A DNA stretch of 61,406 bases from Catajapyx aquilonaris (Eukaryota), in assembly GCA_000934665.2 (NCBI GenBank), contig KZ538156.1:62001-123406 (forward strand), given 5' to 3'. The notes beneath the pieces were generated by a model, which worked only from the letters and a program-made list of their open reading frames with translations, ran no database searches and was not told where the DNA came from. Shown here in pieces: positions 13,981 to 27,297 of the stretch. Position numbers and translations under genes: made by a program. Within the stretch, counting starts at the first letter, position 1, and each line of letters opens with the position of its first letter.

Positions 13981-14565
13981 GGAAAGGTATGAAATGGATA
14001 AACAAACAAGCACACAAACTTACACAGTATACTGTACAGACTCTATACCTCTATATTCAGACAGATAGGCCTAATAAATTTATTTGAAAATTTTACTAGA
14101 AAGGAATCAAATGGGTATGAAATGGACAAACAAACACACAAACTTTGTCATATATAGTATCTTATCTTATATCTTATACTGTATATAGTAGTATATTGAT
14201 CTATATTGTTCCAAGTTCGTGGGTCAATTCTTGATAACCGATATCGCCCGATAGCAGAATTTATTTTTTGTAGCTTGTTGTGCCCCTAACCATGTACTAT
14301 AACTGGGGGGTCGAATATAGGCATATAGAAGTATATAGTATGTTATAGAATGGGGCACATGCTGGTTAGGGGCACACAACAAGCTACAAAGAAATAACTG
14401 CTATCGGGCGATATCAGTTATCATGAAGTGACCCACGAACTTGGAACACCCTGAATTCAAACGGATAAAAATTATTATATAGCCTATATTCTTACTATAG
14501 CAAGAAATGAGAAATGGATACGAAACGGGTACGAAATGGACAAACAAACTTTGACTTTTATACAG
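13981..14565 (-). mobile_element. Three minus-strand copies of the TTTGTTTGTCC module, interrupted by a MITE
   Basis: GGTA(T/C)GAAATGGA(C/T)AAACAAAC occurs at about 13986, 14114 and 14528. Confidence 0.55.
14207..14453. mobile_element. MITE with about 85-bp inverted arms (CAGGGTG-ended, Tc1/mariner-like), left tip truncated
   Basis: TGTTCCAAGTTCGTGGGTCA...GATATCGCCCGATAGCAG...TTTGTAGCTTGTTGTGCCCCTAACCA pairs with TGGTTAGGGGCACACAACAAGCTACAAA...CTGCTATCGGGCGATATC...TGACCCACGAACTTGGAACACCCTG. A second copy lies at 26141-26359. Confidence 0.85.
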
Positions 14566-17500
14566 CATACCGATGTATGATATATACACAGAATGCCATA
14601 TCTCAACAGGCTACTTGAAATCTCCGTAATGTGGAAGCCTCGTGGTGTAACACGCATAATGTTATCAAACACATGGCGTGCTTTTAGCTCAAAAAATGGC
14701 GGATTTGTCTATGCAAATAATGAGTTAGGATTTGACTAATTGTGGCCTGTCAGAATTTGGCACAATTTACAGCGTATGTTGCTGTGTACTGGTATTTTTT
14801 TTTCAGATCGGATTTACATACAATCCTTTTTTTTCCTTTTCGTTTGGAAAAAATTTCTCCCACCAAGAAGTATATGGACTGGTCTGGGTCTCTGGGAGGG
14901 GGGGGGGTGATACAACAATAGAAACTAGTTGTACAAATGTACGTGTACTTCTGATGAAAAGAGTCAAGGCTAACTGGGAGAATGGGGGAGGAGGAATGGG
15001 TGGGGGGGAGAAACAATTAGGGACAGTAAAGAACACATCCTGCTGGAATGGAGACGTCCCTTGCATACCAGACCCTAATTAAACACAGGGTGTACCTGAA
15101 GTCCCTTAAAATATACTTATACAGATATCCGAAAGTTTTGACTCTGCCATCAGTGTGATTATGCATTGCAATATTGCATATGATTTATCATATTATATTT
15201 TGTAATAAATGACAGATGCTCAAATGACCTTAACAAGTGCAGGGGTTGAGTGAGGGTTAAAGTGGAGGGTATAGGGGGGGAAGGGCAATGAAAATCTCGG
15301 CGACGGATGTGTATCCGGCGTGTATGTTAGCGTGTGTGAGGTGAGTGGGAGGGAGTTTCAACGGGTTATTTCACTCCCCCCTACATCTCAACATGTCGGT
15401 GCAGCTCTTTTTTTTTGTATTACTATTCCAGGCAGTGACGCCACGACAGGTGCAAGAAGGTAATAAAAAAATATTTTGCCTTACTCTAATCTCAAGCCAG
15501 ATCGACAATTGTGGCTTAAGTACAGTATGAAAATTTTACCTGCCCAAGTTGACTTATCTAACAACAGTGGTAAAGCAGGATGTTGAATTCGCAAAAAAAA
15601 ATGTCGTAAAAGAAATTGTCATACATATTTTACGGCGTTTTTGGAGTAATAAAGTGCCTAAATTGCGGCAATTTGATAAATATTGATTAATCAACTGATA
15701 TTTTAATAATATTGGATGATCGATATATCGAAATATTCTGGCAGATTCGATATAAGCACGATATTAGTAGCATAAGTGTAGTCCAAGAAATATGCAAAAA
15801 TTCTGCTTAAGAAGTTTGCACATTTTGCTTCAGAAATATGCACTTTCTGCTCGGGCCCCATTGTGTCAACGTGATATTTTGGCGCAATTTTTGCGATTCA
15901 AATTCTTGAGCACTGTGCAAAAATGGTCCTGGTATATGAAATACTTTTTGCCATTTTTTGAGCAAGTGCATTTTTTCCCCGTGTCCTTGTTTACGTTTGC
16001 CTGTCACTCATTTAGCAGGATTCCTCACTCGAACTAGAATTTGCATGCAACCAGAGCATGAGATAGAAGGGTTGCGTGTCATGTGTTATAATGTATCATA
16101 CATTTTTTTTTCGCCCCCGTCTCTGCACATCACATATTGCAATCCTGTTGGTCTTAATGAGACCTCTATCTACACACACACTACTTATCTACTGTTGAGT
16201 ATGTGACATAACTTTCGTGCGACCCGTTATTTGACCAGATGGGGGTAAAAAATTTGGAGTGAAATTTTTTCTAGGGTCTTCTATGTACAAGTAGGAAGGA
16301 AAATTATATGAGTTTGTTTTTGGGGAAGTTAGCTGCCATTTCCTGACTAGACAAGAGTGTCACGCGCACTGAACTTCCGCCTTTGTACAAAACTTTTCCT
16401 TGCCATTACTTTATCATTATGGTTATTTTCATTTTTTTTACCTTTTAATTGCGACGCCCTTTCGCAACTAAGCTTCCGGCTGAATAAGTTCCATATACAC
16501 AAATGTTTTTTTTTTTGGATACGCTTTCCTGCAGACCACTTACAGGAGAAATTTTTTGGCTAAAAATGTGAGCTACCGACAGGTGTATCCGTTGGACCAT
16601 AAAAAAGCGACATTTTCCCCTGATCATTCACTCGATCAATTCCTCTTTTCAGATCTTCCCATGCCCTCTCTTTATATATAAAAGGATCAATGGATCTCCG
16701 GCAGATTCAAGGCGCCCGTGTTCTTCGACTTCTTCTTTTTTTGGGGGTGGGTTCTCAAAGAGTGGTCACAGTGTTCTTGGGCAAGAGTCCATCAAACATT
16801 CTATGCGTGAGGAGACATCCGAAAGGACCTGATTTACAGCCGGCTTGATTTTTAACGAGGGATATACCTGACTTGCACTATTGGTTGGAATAAAAAAAAT
16901 ATTTTTAAAATGATGTTTAACGAAATCAAACTTTGGTCGGGGTAAGCTTTGCCTGTTAGATAAGATGATGGGGATCGAAAGGGTTGAAAAGGAGATAGAA
17001 GAAGAAGAAAAAAAAACTGGTTGTTGAGGGTTGATCCACTCTCGGTTACATCAAAGCGTGGAGCGAACTTCGGGAGATTCACAAAGCGGCCCATTTAGTC
17101 AAGACAATGCCAGCTGGAGCTCTGCCTCACACATTATGAAAATTGGAGGATGAACCAGAAGAAGAAGAAGAAGAAAAAAAAGTCACGCCCATGAGAAATT
17201 GGCAGGAAAATATTTTGGACAATTTTACTCAAAAAGTGAAGGAAATTATTTTTGATCTGAAAACTTCAAACACTGAGAGTGAGACTAAATAAATTGATTT
17301 TGATCTGAACACACTCAGAAAAATTTATTGAAAATTCATTGACAAGTGAGAATAAATGATGTACATATTATTTAAAGGAGTACTATTTGCAATTTAATAT
17401 GAAAATTAGATATCTGTGCAAATCCATGTGCAGTAATTGTAATAAATTGCATAACGTTAGCATGACGTTATTCAATCCATGCTTGAATTGCCGTACTGTA

Positions 17501-20500
17501 CTTCCCATTTGCTTGGATTTTCCCCCACAATAAAAACCTGCTCTGGTCCAGCAGGTATACCGTACCATTTTCCAAGACTTTAATTTACTGTCAGTATATG
17601 TGTATCTTTCAAGAGTAAAAGTGTTCCTGGTATATTCCCAATATTATGTTGGCCGTATCGATGCTTCTAATCAAGTTCACCGTCCAGTAACGTTTCTTCC
17701 TGTGTGACTGACCTGTAATGTTCGGCATTTACCGGATTGAAATTGCAGGCTCTATTGAGTTTCAATTCATGATTTTTTTTGTGCAGTGTTGTTGAAGGCC
17801 CCGTCAATTTTGGGCTGTAATCATTTTCCAAGTTCCTGGAGGCACACAAGACCAGTCTTTTGGCACGGATGATAAGAATCCAATGTGGTTCATTAGCATA
17901 TGTCATTTCGTACGGATTAGGCGGCAATAACAAGGCAAATTAATCGCATGAACAGTTAGGTTCTAACATGATACTTCCTCTGGATTGGGGATGAACCTTT
18001 CTGACAGGGTTGCAACGTTCTGTGTTTATATGCCATATGGTATAGTCAACTCTTGTATTAAATATGAGTTATAAATTGCACAAAAAGCACTGTTTTAGAG
18101 CCACAAACGGACCACTCGAGCTGCAGTTAACATTTAATCGCCCAGGCCCATTTTGGCACTTAATGACAGAAACTGGGGAAACATCCCGCAATAACCAAAA
18201 GCAATTAAAAATGTACCAGTCAGTATGTCCAGTCGGTCTACAGTGTCGTGCAGTGCTACACTCTCTAAAATATTTGACGTGGTTTTGGGCTCAATTTGAG
18301 TAATTTGTTTTGTCCTGTTTGAATAATTTCCATTCAATATTTTAGGCAAGTTCTGTCAATTTTCATTCCGATTCTACCGATTATTTAACAATTATGACAC
18401 TGATAGTTTTCATTCAAACAAAGTTTGCACTTCAACATAGTGACTAACTAATGTGATATGTATAGTTGCATAATATAAGAGTACGAATGTGAGCAAATGT
18501 TTGTAACACTGTATTTGTGCAATATGTTTGAACTGATTTTTTAGGGTTCTGTACAGTACAACACATAATATTATATGCCACTTGTGCCAAAATTGGCAAC
18601 ACCCATATATTTGCAAGGTTGATTGGATGCAGTTACATTCCTCACCTCTGAAACGATAGATGACATCCAGATGTTGTTTGGGTGGGAAAAATTGTACGGT
18701 ATAACTCTGGTAGGTGGTCTTCATCATACCCTGTTTTGAACCATATGTTGTTTATATGCACAGTCATTAATCACATACTCAGTGTCGTGCTGACCGAGCT
18801 CATTCAAAAGTCACCCGTGTACCAGCACCATGATATGTATTTTTTCCAAAAAAAAGTTTGGAAAAAAAACAACAACGCTCTTTCCCCCTCGGGCACATAA
18901 TCAGTTTGCCGTATGATCAAAGGGGTAATTGAAAGTTTATGAAGCCTTTTTTTGGGAAGGGTTGGTACGGATATCTGTTGCTAATGTACCCACAATGACT
19001 AGGCCGCATCTGAGTGCTTCACTGCGGATGTGTAACGAAATATGAGAGGGGACGGCGGGGGAGTCACTGCATTTAATAATTTGGTTAGCAAAAGTGCTCA
19101 CACGGTTCAAAATTCGGGAACAAAACAACGGGCAAATTGACGCTAAAGTTTGATCAAAAAGTGCATAAAACGGGCAACGCTGTTCCGGGTTCTGAACCCT
19201 AAATTGCGCATGTTGCAGCCCTGTTGGCAGTAAAATTTTTTCTCGATTGAAATTTTTTTGTAAATTTGTCAATATGAAATATTAGTTTTTTAAATGTGCA
19301 AATTTTTCACCTGTGAACGACATCAATTTTCCATATAAAATATTCTGATGCTATAGTTGTGGGCAAACTGGTCACACCCAGTGGACATGTCCAGGTCTTA
19401 CCATGGCATGGGGGGGGAAAAGTGTCCGTCCTTGGTCAAGGCCGGATGGGTGCGCACCTGATCATTTGCAGGTGCTTCTTCTCATTGGGGGTAATTGTCA
19501 ATTTCATGGTCACCCTCCACTCTACTAAACTGGCCGGCTCTTCTTGTTTGAGAGAGTGTCGAAGGGAGCCGACCTAATTGTCCTTCGGTGTCCGGTCGCG
19601 TCTCGCTTCATCATCCGTTCCATCAATCTCCTCAAGATTCTGAACATTTTCGAGGGTTTGGAAGGGTGATTTTCCCACATTAATTGAATGGGTACCGGGA
19701 CAACCACTGTTGAGAAAAGACACACACACACGCAAAAAAAAAGTCGGCACGTTTTGGTGCGACAGGTGTTTGGTTGGGGGAAAGTATTCTGCATATTTAA
19801 CTGCGTCACAATTATGCAACATGTGTTGTCAAACAGAATTGGTTTGTCAATATCACACAGCACATTCAATCGGCTTTTTTTATTTTAAAAACATGAATTT
19901 TCTGTGTGTTAACAGTTTGACGATATCAAGATAACTACCAGATTGCAAAAAAAAAGTTAAGAGTATATAGAAAAGTGTCTGAATTTTCCTCATACGTTCA
20001 CGACTAACTTACGCAACTGCAAATGGGTTACTAAAATAGCACAAAAATGGCTCCAGGTTATTATGCCTCACCGTATAATTTATACTGGTAAAGTATGCTG
20101 TCACTACCGACAAAAATAATGACCGGAAAAAACCGGCCTTATTTCATGTGAAAGCCTCACGTTTTTAGCTCTGCGCATTATGAGACCTTAGACTGAATAT
20201 CTGCACCGGTTTTTCGCCATTATACTGTCCACCCCTGCTGTCTTCATGACAATAATTTTTTTTGGCACATTCTTGCATTCAGTGCGCATACCAAATGAGT
20301 CGGCGAGATTTTTGTCCACCACAAAAGCTGTACGAGAAGGAAAAATGAGACGCAAAGCAGACAGTGAGAGATGGATTCTGAGTGGCTCGTGAGATGGCCA
20401 AAATGATGCTGAGAAGTACCAAAAATGTTGTAAGTGACGAATTGCTCAAGTTTTAAAAGTGTATAGGAAGAAATTGTGGATAGTTCACTCCATCAACTTA

Positions 20501-20505
20501 TGCTT

Positions 20506-20580
20506 TCTATTATTATAAAAGTCAAAGTTTGTTTGTTTGTCCAGGCTACCATAGCAACTGGTTCTGCTGCCAGTCTGTTC
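20506..20580 (+). mobile_element. Helitron-like 5'-end module
   Basis: TCTATTATTATAAAAGTCAAAGTTTGTTTGTTTGTCCAGGCTACCATAGCAACTGG matches the other copies. Confidence 0.6.
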
Positions 20581-21333
20581 AATAAAGGATCTGAATAGTG
20601 TGGATTCTAAATTCACCTGGACATCTGCTTGATTTAGTGCTAGGTGTTAAAAATCGAAAATTTACGATCCGCATCATTTAAGGAGAGGGGGGGGGGGGGT
20701 GTACTAAAAATGGACGAGGCCCAACATCGCACCTGTCGGTCTTTAGTATATAAGAAAGAGGAAATGAAGATGGAAGTGCCGCCCGTTCTGATTCCGCGAG
20801 CACACAACACACGTGGCATAAAATCACCCCTGCGAAACCAACGTTCGCCGGATGCGAGATGGTAATTGCTCAAAATTTTTAGCCAATTGCGCTAACTCGG
20901 CAGAAATCAGCGGGCGCAGAGGGCAGCCATTTTTTGTGTGTGTGATTGTGATTGTGACCATCATACCCTGACGGTGCTAATAGATGGCACCACCTGCAGA
21001 CACACGTGGCGATACTTGCACATAGATGGAGCCACACCTCAAACAATATTTGACAGTATTATAAATTATTAAATGTGAATTAATTTGTAGGCTACTGTTA
21101 TTGTACAGTAGGCTACATCAATATCTGCTGTAGCTGCACTGTCCCTTCGATATGCTTTGCATGCTACGAAATACGTATAATATGGGACACTTGTACAGTA
21201 CTGATACGAATGCCAGATTTATTTATTTTTAAGCTCATTAAATTTTCTTTAATACCACGTATTTAAATTCAGTTTAAATAATTATTACGATTATTGTACA
21301 ATTTTGAAAATTTGTTCATATAATTTTCTTTAA

Positions 21334-21456
21334 CCTCCTGAGACCCCTGGTACAGTATACTGTACCTTTGTTTTTTCCAGTACCTTCTGACAAACTCAAA
21401 CGCGTAAAAAAACAAAAACAAAGGTGATTGAAAGGTGTACTAGGGGTCTCAGGAGG
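21334..21456. mobile_element. piggyBac-like MITE (123 bp)
   Basis: TTAA|CCTCCTGAGACCCCTGGTACA ... TGTACTAGGGGTCTCAGGAGG|ATAA. The 21-bp TIR has one mismatch, the termini are CC...GG, and the TTAA target has one substitution on the right. Confidence 0.75.
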
Positions 21457-21541
21457 ATAATACAATGTTTTATTTTATTTTAAAGAATTTATTACAATTA
21501 CTTTAAAATTTTATTATAAATTATTTTAAATAATGTATTAA

Positions 21542-21630
21542 AATGATATTAAACAGTTTACTAAATGATATTCAACCGTTTACTAAATTATATTAAACGG
21601 TTTACTAAAATAATTTTTAACGATTTATTT
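21542..21630. repeat. 22-bp minisatellite, about 4 copies
   Basis: AAATGATATTAAACAGTTTACT repeated with substitutions. Confidence 0.85.
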
Positions 21631-22070
21631 AAATTACGCTAAAAATGCATTTAAAAAATTGGAAATCATTTTCTCAAATGATTTGAAATTATGTTATAAA
21701 AAGAAAGGCACAGGTATAAAATTTTGCAATTTTAATTTTTCAACACGAAATTTTTCCGCGGGCCGCACAAATTATCTTCGCGGGCCCCTGCTCTAAGGGT
21801 CAGCGGGTAGATGTCTCCACTTGTGTCCATTGAAGTAATTCACCGTTTTGCCTTCAGTCTAGACATGGCGCCACTGTGTCTGAAGCCCTCTTCGTTTTTT
21901 TCACCCAAAAAAGAAGGTGGACTCCTTTTAGAGGATGGAACGGATCCACGCATGCACTATCCTTTAGTTTTGGTATAAAAACCTTCCCAGAGAGTAGTAC
22001 TTTTTTTGCGTGTTTTTGTTTTAACCACCCTCACACCCATCGGCTTCCGCTGTGGCTTCAGAAGAGGTGT

Positions 22071-22097
22071 CTTCTTCTTCTTCTTCTTCTTCTTCTT
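22071..22097. repeat. (CTT)9 microsatellite
   Basis: Direct reading. Confidence 0.95.
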
Positions 22098-23653
22098 TGG
22101 CGAAGGTGTTGAGATAAGAAGAGGACTGTGTGGGGGTGGATGATGCGGGGGAGGGGGGAAGGTGTTTCCACGCCCCAGGAAGTCCTCGGAATCTTCCAGC
22201 CGTGGTCCAGGCGTGGGAAGCTGACTTTCTTCGTTCGTACAGACACGGGGGGAAGATTTTTTGGGACCGCTGGTAAGGGAGGGGGTGTGTGGGAAATTGA
22301 AGACAGAGGAAAAAAAAAAACACAACACAAGAAGCCATTTTGAGACTTTGTTTTTATACACAGCACGCGCTGCACCATTGATTCATCCCTTTCATTCATA
22401 AGAGAATGGCCTTTTTAAATATACATTCGGCTTGTTTTTTTGGAGTGTCTCCGTCTGCATTCTTTTTGTTGGGGATGTGAAGAAGTGGGTGGTACTGCAC
22501 TTATTGTCGCATGACCGGTTATTACTTTCGCAAAGTTATGAATTGTTTACTACAACTAGAAATACACATTTTTGTGGCTTCAAATCCTGCCTATTGCGTG
22601 AACAATCAGTAACACTGCATTTTTATCACTTTTTCAAAATATTTCATGTCTTAGCAATTTTGTTTAAATATGGTGATTCATAACGACTGCTAGCTCGCAT
22701 GCAATGAATGTAAAGACCATAAACGTACTGTACATAATTACACACTGAGCACTGTGCATATGTTTTAACAAGTCTGATGGTGACCTACCAGGAATGCAGC
22801 TTTAAAAATAACTGCTACTGATCATCGATCGCTGTGTTGTTGAGTATCTTTTAAAACAACGTCTTGAGCTCTGGAACCGGATTGCTACGCTGTACAAAAA
22901 GTTTATGAGACAGCATCACAACATGCATGACTTATAATTTATCATGTGAGAAACTTATATCCCTTTCCGCATAAACAGACAATAAAAAATACATAGAAAA
23001 GAACCGAGCATGTATACCCGACACAGGCTATGAGAAAATTCTTGGAAGGACAACAACTATCAGGCAACCTAATGAACCCTTCATTGAGCATGCAACTTTC
23101 GATGAGCAAATAACCACACGTGAGACATGCATGTCCGTTGTGTATGAAAAGGCAGCATTGGCATCGGTTTTTTGAGCCTTTTTGCCTGCGAACTTCCACA
23201 TTTTATTCTTCTTACTACATATATATATAAAAAATTTGGTGAAGGGGTTTAAACTTCCTGAGTTGAATTGTGTGGGAGCTGTTTTTTCGGAAGAGACCCG
23301 TCGCGAAATTGCTGTCAGCATTATGTTTTTTGAGTGTTCTAGGAACGTGAGGCTTATTTTTGGGAGGGTGAAAACTTGTGGTGTGACTTTGCAAATTATG
23401 GAAAATGCTTCATTGACCAGCTGGCATGTGGAGGAATGGTTTTTCATGAGGGGCACACGAAGAAACCCCCCTCTAGACCACTTAAGATTCCCCACCTGTG
23501 GGGCTAAGCAACAGCCGTTAGAGGGGAACCACTTTAAACTAAATTAGACGTCAACCGTCTTTTTGAATAATAGCACTATCCAAAAAAAAAATATTGGTGG
23601 GTATCATCAAAACGACGACCTAGGATAAAGTTACGGAATCACTAGTGCATCCA

Positions 23654-23861
23654 GTGCCAAAATTTGGCAAAACCTATAATCAGTATGACTGTCAATCAAA
23701 CAACTTTAATGAGACGTCCCTCCTATTTACCACATAGTACGTACTATTCTTCACGCATAGATGGCGCACACTACCTCTGTACACCCCTGCCACCGTGCGA
23801 GAGATAGAGATACTATCAGGTCGGACAAACATCCAACGGAGAGAACTGTAAGACTATTAGG
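23654..23861 (+). repeat. Dispersed repeat, copy 1 (unclassified TE fragment)
   Basis: GTGCCAAAATTTGGCAAAACCTAT...CAATCAAACAACTTTAATGAGA...GCATAGATGGCGC...ACATCCAACGGAGAGAA...CTATTAGG is collinear with 35580-35738. Confidence 0.85.
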
Positions 23862-23954
23862 TTTGGTTTGGGTTTATTAGGAAGAATCCAAAGCAACTGT
23901 GGCTATATCTGGCTATATAAGAAGAGACGAAGGTGAAACTCTCCTTATCCTAAA

Positions 23955-24041
23955 GACTTGTCCGACTTGGGCGGCCCTGCCAGTAGACGAAGCTACCGCC
24001 GGCATAGCTCTTGGTATCACGAGAGAAAAGCGAAATAAGCC
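23955..24041 (-). mobile_element. Fragment resembling the conserved 5'UTR of RTE-clade LINEs or RTE-derived SINE bodies
   Basis: The minus strand reads GTGATACCAAGAGCTATGCCGGCGGTAGCTTCGTCTACTGGCAGGGCCGCCCAAGTCGGACAAGTC. From memory this matches the RTE 5'UTR motif GAGCTATGCYGGCGGTAGC..GCTACTGGTAGGGTCWCCCATGCCGGACAGGTC. Not database-verified. Confidence 0.55.
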
Positions 24042-25326
24042 TACTAGGAGAAACAAACGCTGTAATAGGCAGAATGGGTACGAAACGGGTATGAAACACA
24101 GCTTCCACGTTATCCGAACACTTAAGTCGGATAATCGCGATTCTCTTCATTTTTGCCTTCAGAACCATATGTAAAGTTTCCAAAAAATCTGAAGTTACGT
24201 CACTTTGTACACACCTGTCATTTTCTTTCCAACGCATTACTCCGACAGAACAAAGGACTCGTGAATGTCACCGGCACGTGCCCATTTGCGTAATATACTC
24301 GGAATTAAACTCTGGTGAATCACCACAGCTTCTCCATATTGGAAGAATGAGAATGAAGCAAAAAAAAATAGTTTATGCATGAAGATGTGTGTTTCATGTC
24401 TTTAATGGCGACATTTTGTGACCTCGCAGAAAATTGGTGACCCAACGCACCTAACAACAAAGTGGTTTCGTTCGAATGCGCTTTTGTGACACCTTTGTAG
24501 GGCAAAGAGCCGAGGGAGTCAACGCAACCGGAAGCCCCAGTCGAGATCGTAAAGGCCGATGGTTTGCATGCCGAGTTTCTTGGACTTATGGAGTCATTAT
24601 GCAGCATGGGCTAGGAGTATCATTAGCACGTTTTTGACTTCTTTTTGGTGTCACGAGATATAAAGTCCGTGCTCGCTGCTGTGGAAATTTAAATACATTT
24701 TTTGAAAAGGGGAGGAGTATACGGGGGGGGAGGGGGGATTTTTGTCATTTTTATTATTATTTGCTGTGTATGTGTGTGGTTGTTGGGCGGTGGACTATGT
24801 ACCATGATAATACTGTTAGACATCCTCGTGCATGCACGCACGTGTCTGTCGTATACCGGTGTAAAAATAGGCGCACCTGCTGGTACGCTGGTTATTACTT
24901 ATTGTCTTACGCATGTTGGGTTGCGCAACAAATTATTTCACGCAATTAATTTATTCCCGCTCGGGACCGAATCATTGCTGATTTGTCCTGCTGTCCACGC
25001 TACCTTTTGACAGCATATTATTGGGGCTTGAATGTTATCGAGACATCATCTGAAGTAACTTCAACCTTGCCCAAATACCACCTGTGGTCTCTCTGAAAAA
25101 ACGGAACAGTAACGGTTGAAAATGATCGCTCTCGTTGCAAGAGCTGATGTTTTTCGCGACTTGTGCAACAGTTACGCCCGCGTGTCTCATTAAACAGTCT
25201 CTATGTCGAGGGACAGTGACTCCAATGCCGGCAGATGACAGCAACCATATAACTGTACATTATTCCTAATGCGACCGTTTTGATATAGGACGTGATCTGC
25301 CTGAAGGAACGTGATTAGCTCACTAA

Positions 25327-25392
25327 TCTTACATATATAAGGGAAAGTTTGTTTGCATGTTTGTACATGGCCAAGGGTTTACCATGGCACAG
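25327..25392 (+). mobile_element. Helitron-like 5'-end module
   Basis: A|TCTTACATATATAAGGGAAAGTTTGTTTGCATGTTTGTACATGG...TTACCATGGCA, similar to the start of the 6850 element. Confidence 0.55.
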
Positions 25393-26140
25393 GTGAGTAG
25401 ACGTATAGTATATTTGTTGGGTGGAAACTTCACTTGAATAATTATGTGCACAAGGCACGTGTCCTTGGGCAAAGTCTTGCGGGCGGTCGTACCACGCCTA
25501 GGGGCGGTAAAGACGCCGTCGAAGGACCTGAAGGACCACCCACAAGATGGTCGATCGCATTCGAGGAAGCTGCAGAGTGGAACGAGACACCTCCTTCTTG
25601 ACTCGCCATTGGTTTCTACAGCCCTGCCTTCAAATGATTTTGTGTGTGTTTTTATATAAAAAAATGAAGGTGTCGCCACCCATATAGCCTTTCACTAGTT
25701 TAGATGAAGGCACCCCCTTGTTGACAGCATCTCCCCCCCTTTTCGATTCGGTTCCGGATGGGATGAAATCACATGTTGCGTAACCTGGACCAGTAGCCAG
25801 ACACGGTCTGTACGACATTGGAAGTGGGCCAACGTTGCATATATATGACCTCAGACCAAACCATTCCTGCGGTTTTTGGATTCTTGGCAGTGATATGCTG
25901 GACTTTTTTTCAATAGCAGTCAGGAGGAGTGGGGTTCATATTATGTCTTGTGGCGACCAAGTGTTGGGCTGTGGGGAAATCCAACCCGTTCTGTTGGAGA
26001 TGAATTGAAAGAGTCGGTTTTATTGCCTCGCATTGTTGTGAGTGTCATGTGTGACGCAATTTATGGAGGTCACTGATTTTTGGCAATTTTTCTTGGCAGA
26101 TTCATCACCAGAATGACACTTACCTATAAAATGATAAGGA

Positions 26141-26359
26141 CAGTGTGTTACAAATTCGTTGATCGTTTTTTTATAACTGATATCGCCCGATAGTAGTTAT
26201 TTTTTGTAGCTTGTGTCCCGAACCACATTCCCCAAAATCCCCATTCTATAGAAACTGCTATATATTTGGCCCCCTGGATCGGGGCACAACAAGTTACAAA
26301 CTATTATAAGACGATGTAAGTTATTTAAAAAAAAACTACCCACGAATTTGGAACACGTG
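26141..26359. mobile_element. Diverged second copy of the 14207-14453 MITE
   Basis: Shares ATAACTGATATCGCCCGATAG, TTTTTTGTAGCTTG, GGGGCACAACAAG and ACCCACGAATTTGGAACAC. It starts CAGTGTGTTACAAATTCGT. Confidence 0.8.
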
Positions 26360-27089
26360 TTTGTCATTTTACAGCTAAGGGTCATTAAGGTAATGAATCT
26401 GCCCCAAGCAAAATTGCCAAGACAAGTACTCAAGTACAGGCTAAAATAATAGTCACTAATAAATAAATTTAACATAATAATAAGTAGATAATTAAATTCG
26501 TGCACGAATAATACAATGAAAATTCAGATTATCTTATTAATAACTTATTTTTATGCATTTTACACTAAATTTCGAGTACAATTTTCTCTCATTTGAACTT
26601 GTGGTTACCCTACTTGCTACAAGTTATTTCACCCCTTCATTTGCGCAATACGCTAAAGCCCCGATTATCCGTCACCCACAGGACCGGGTGATTGGTCGGA
26701 TAATCCGAGGAGCAAAGGAAACTTTTATGAAACACAACAAAAAACATATAAAATCATGGTACAATATTACGGTTTCACCAACGAGAGTGCATACTCTGAA
26801 CAGTTCCGGATCAAACCCATGGGGGCCATATACCACCTGGGTACCCTCAAGGTCACGCACATTAGGGTGCATACGGACGCCTCCGGGGGGGAACCCTCTA
26901 AGCTGGTGGCTTCCAGTTATTTTTACCCCCCTTGAGATTGGTCAAGAACAGAACCCATTGTTTCCTGAGGATTTACTGGATTCCTCGAGGTTGTCACATG
27001 TCGCTCTTTAGTATTTCAAAAGCTAGTGTTTTAAAGTCGGTTTTTAAAAAGACATGTGTGTGTGTGTGTCCGTATTGCTCCACCGCCAG

Positions 27090-27297
27090 AAGGCGCAGGT
27101 TGTTGCCTCGGGGCCTGCCCACCTGACGTCGTCAGCCTGGGCTCCTCCTACCTTTGGCCTCCTCCTCCTTCTCCTCTCCTCACCTGAGCTGGCGCGCCAC
27201 TACTTGGAGTACGCTCCAGTGGACCTTCGTCGGGCCTGCCGCTCACCCGCGTCCAAGCCATACTCTCCTTACCAACATTACATATTCCACCGGACAG
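27090..27297 (+). CDS. Candidate exon (coding or UTR), unknown gene
   Basis: Acceptor TTGCTCCACCGCCAG| and consensus donor CAG|GTAAGC. It is GC-rich, and only one frame is open throughout (KAQVVASGPAHL...YSPYQHYIFHRT, phase 0 to phase 1). No recognisable domain. Confidence 0.35.

Noticed and set aside
18005..19223. hAT-like element bounded by CAGGGTTGCAAC / GTTGCAGCCCTG
   Set aside because: Only a 12-bp imperfect match, and the 8-bp flanks differ (CTTTCTGA versus TTGGCAGT).
21755..21797. hAT-like right end (CCGCGGGCCGC...CCCCTG)
   Set aside because: No matching left end or TSD was found, so it is too fragmentary to call.
26663..26705. GATTATCCG/CGGATAATC stem-loop as an ncRNA
   Set aside because: Short, and it resembles decayed pogo/Tigger-type TIR sequence. 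No other support.
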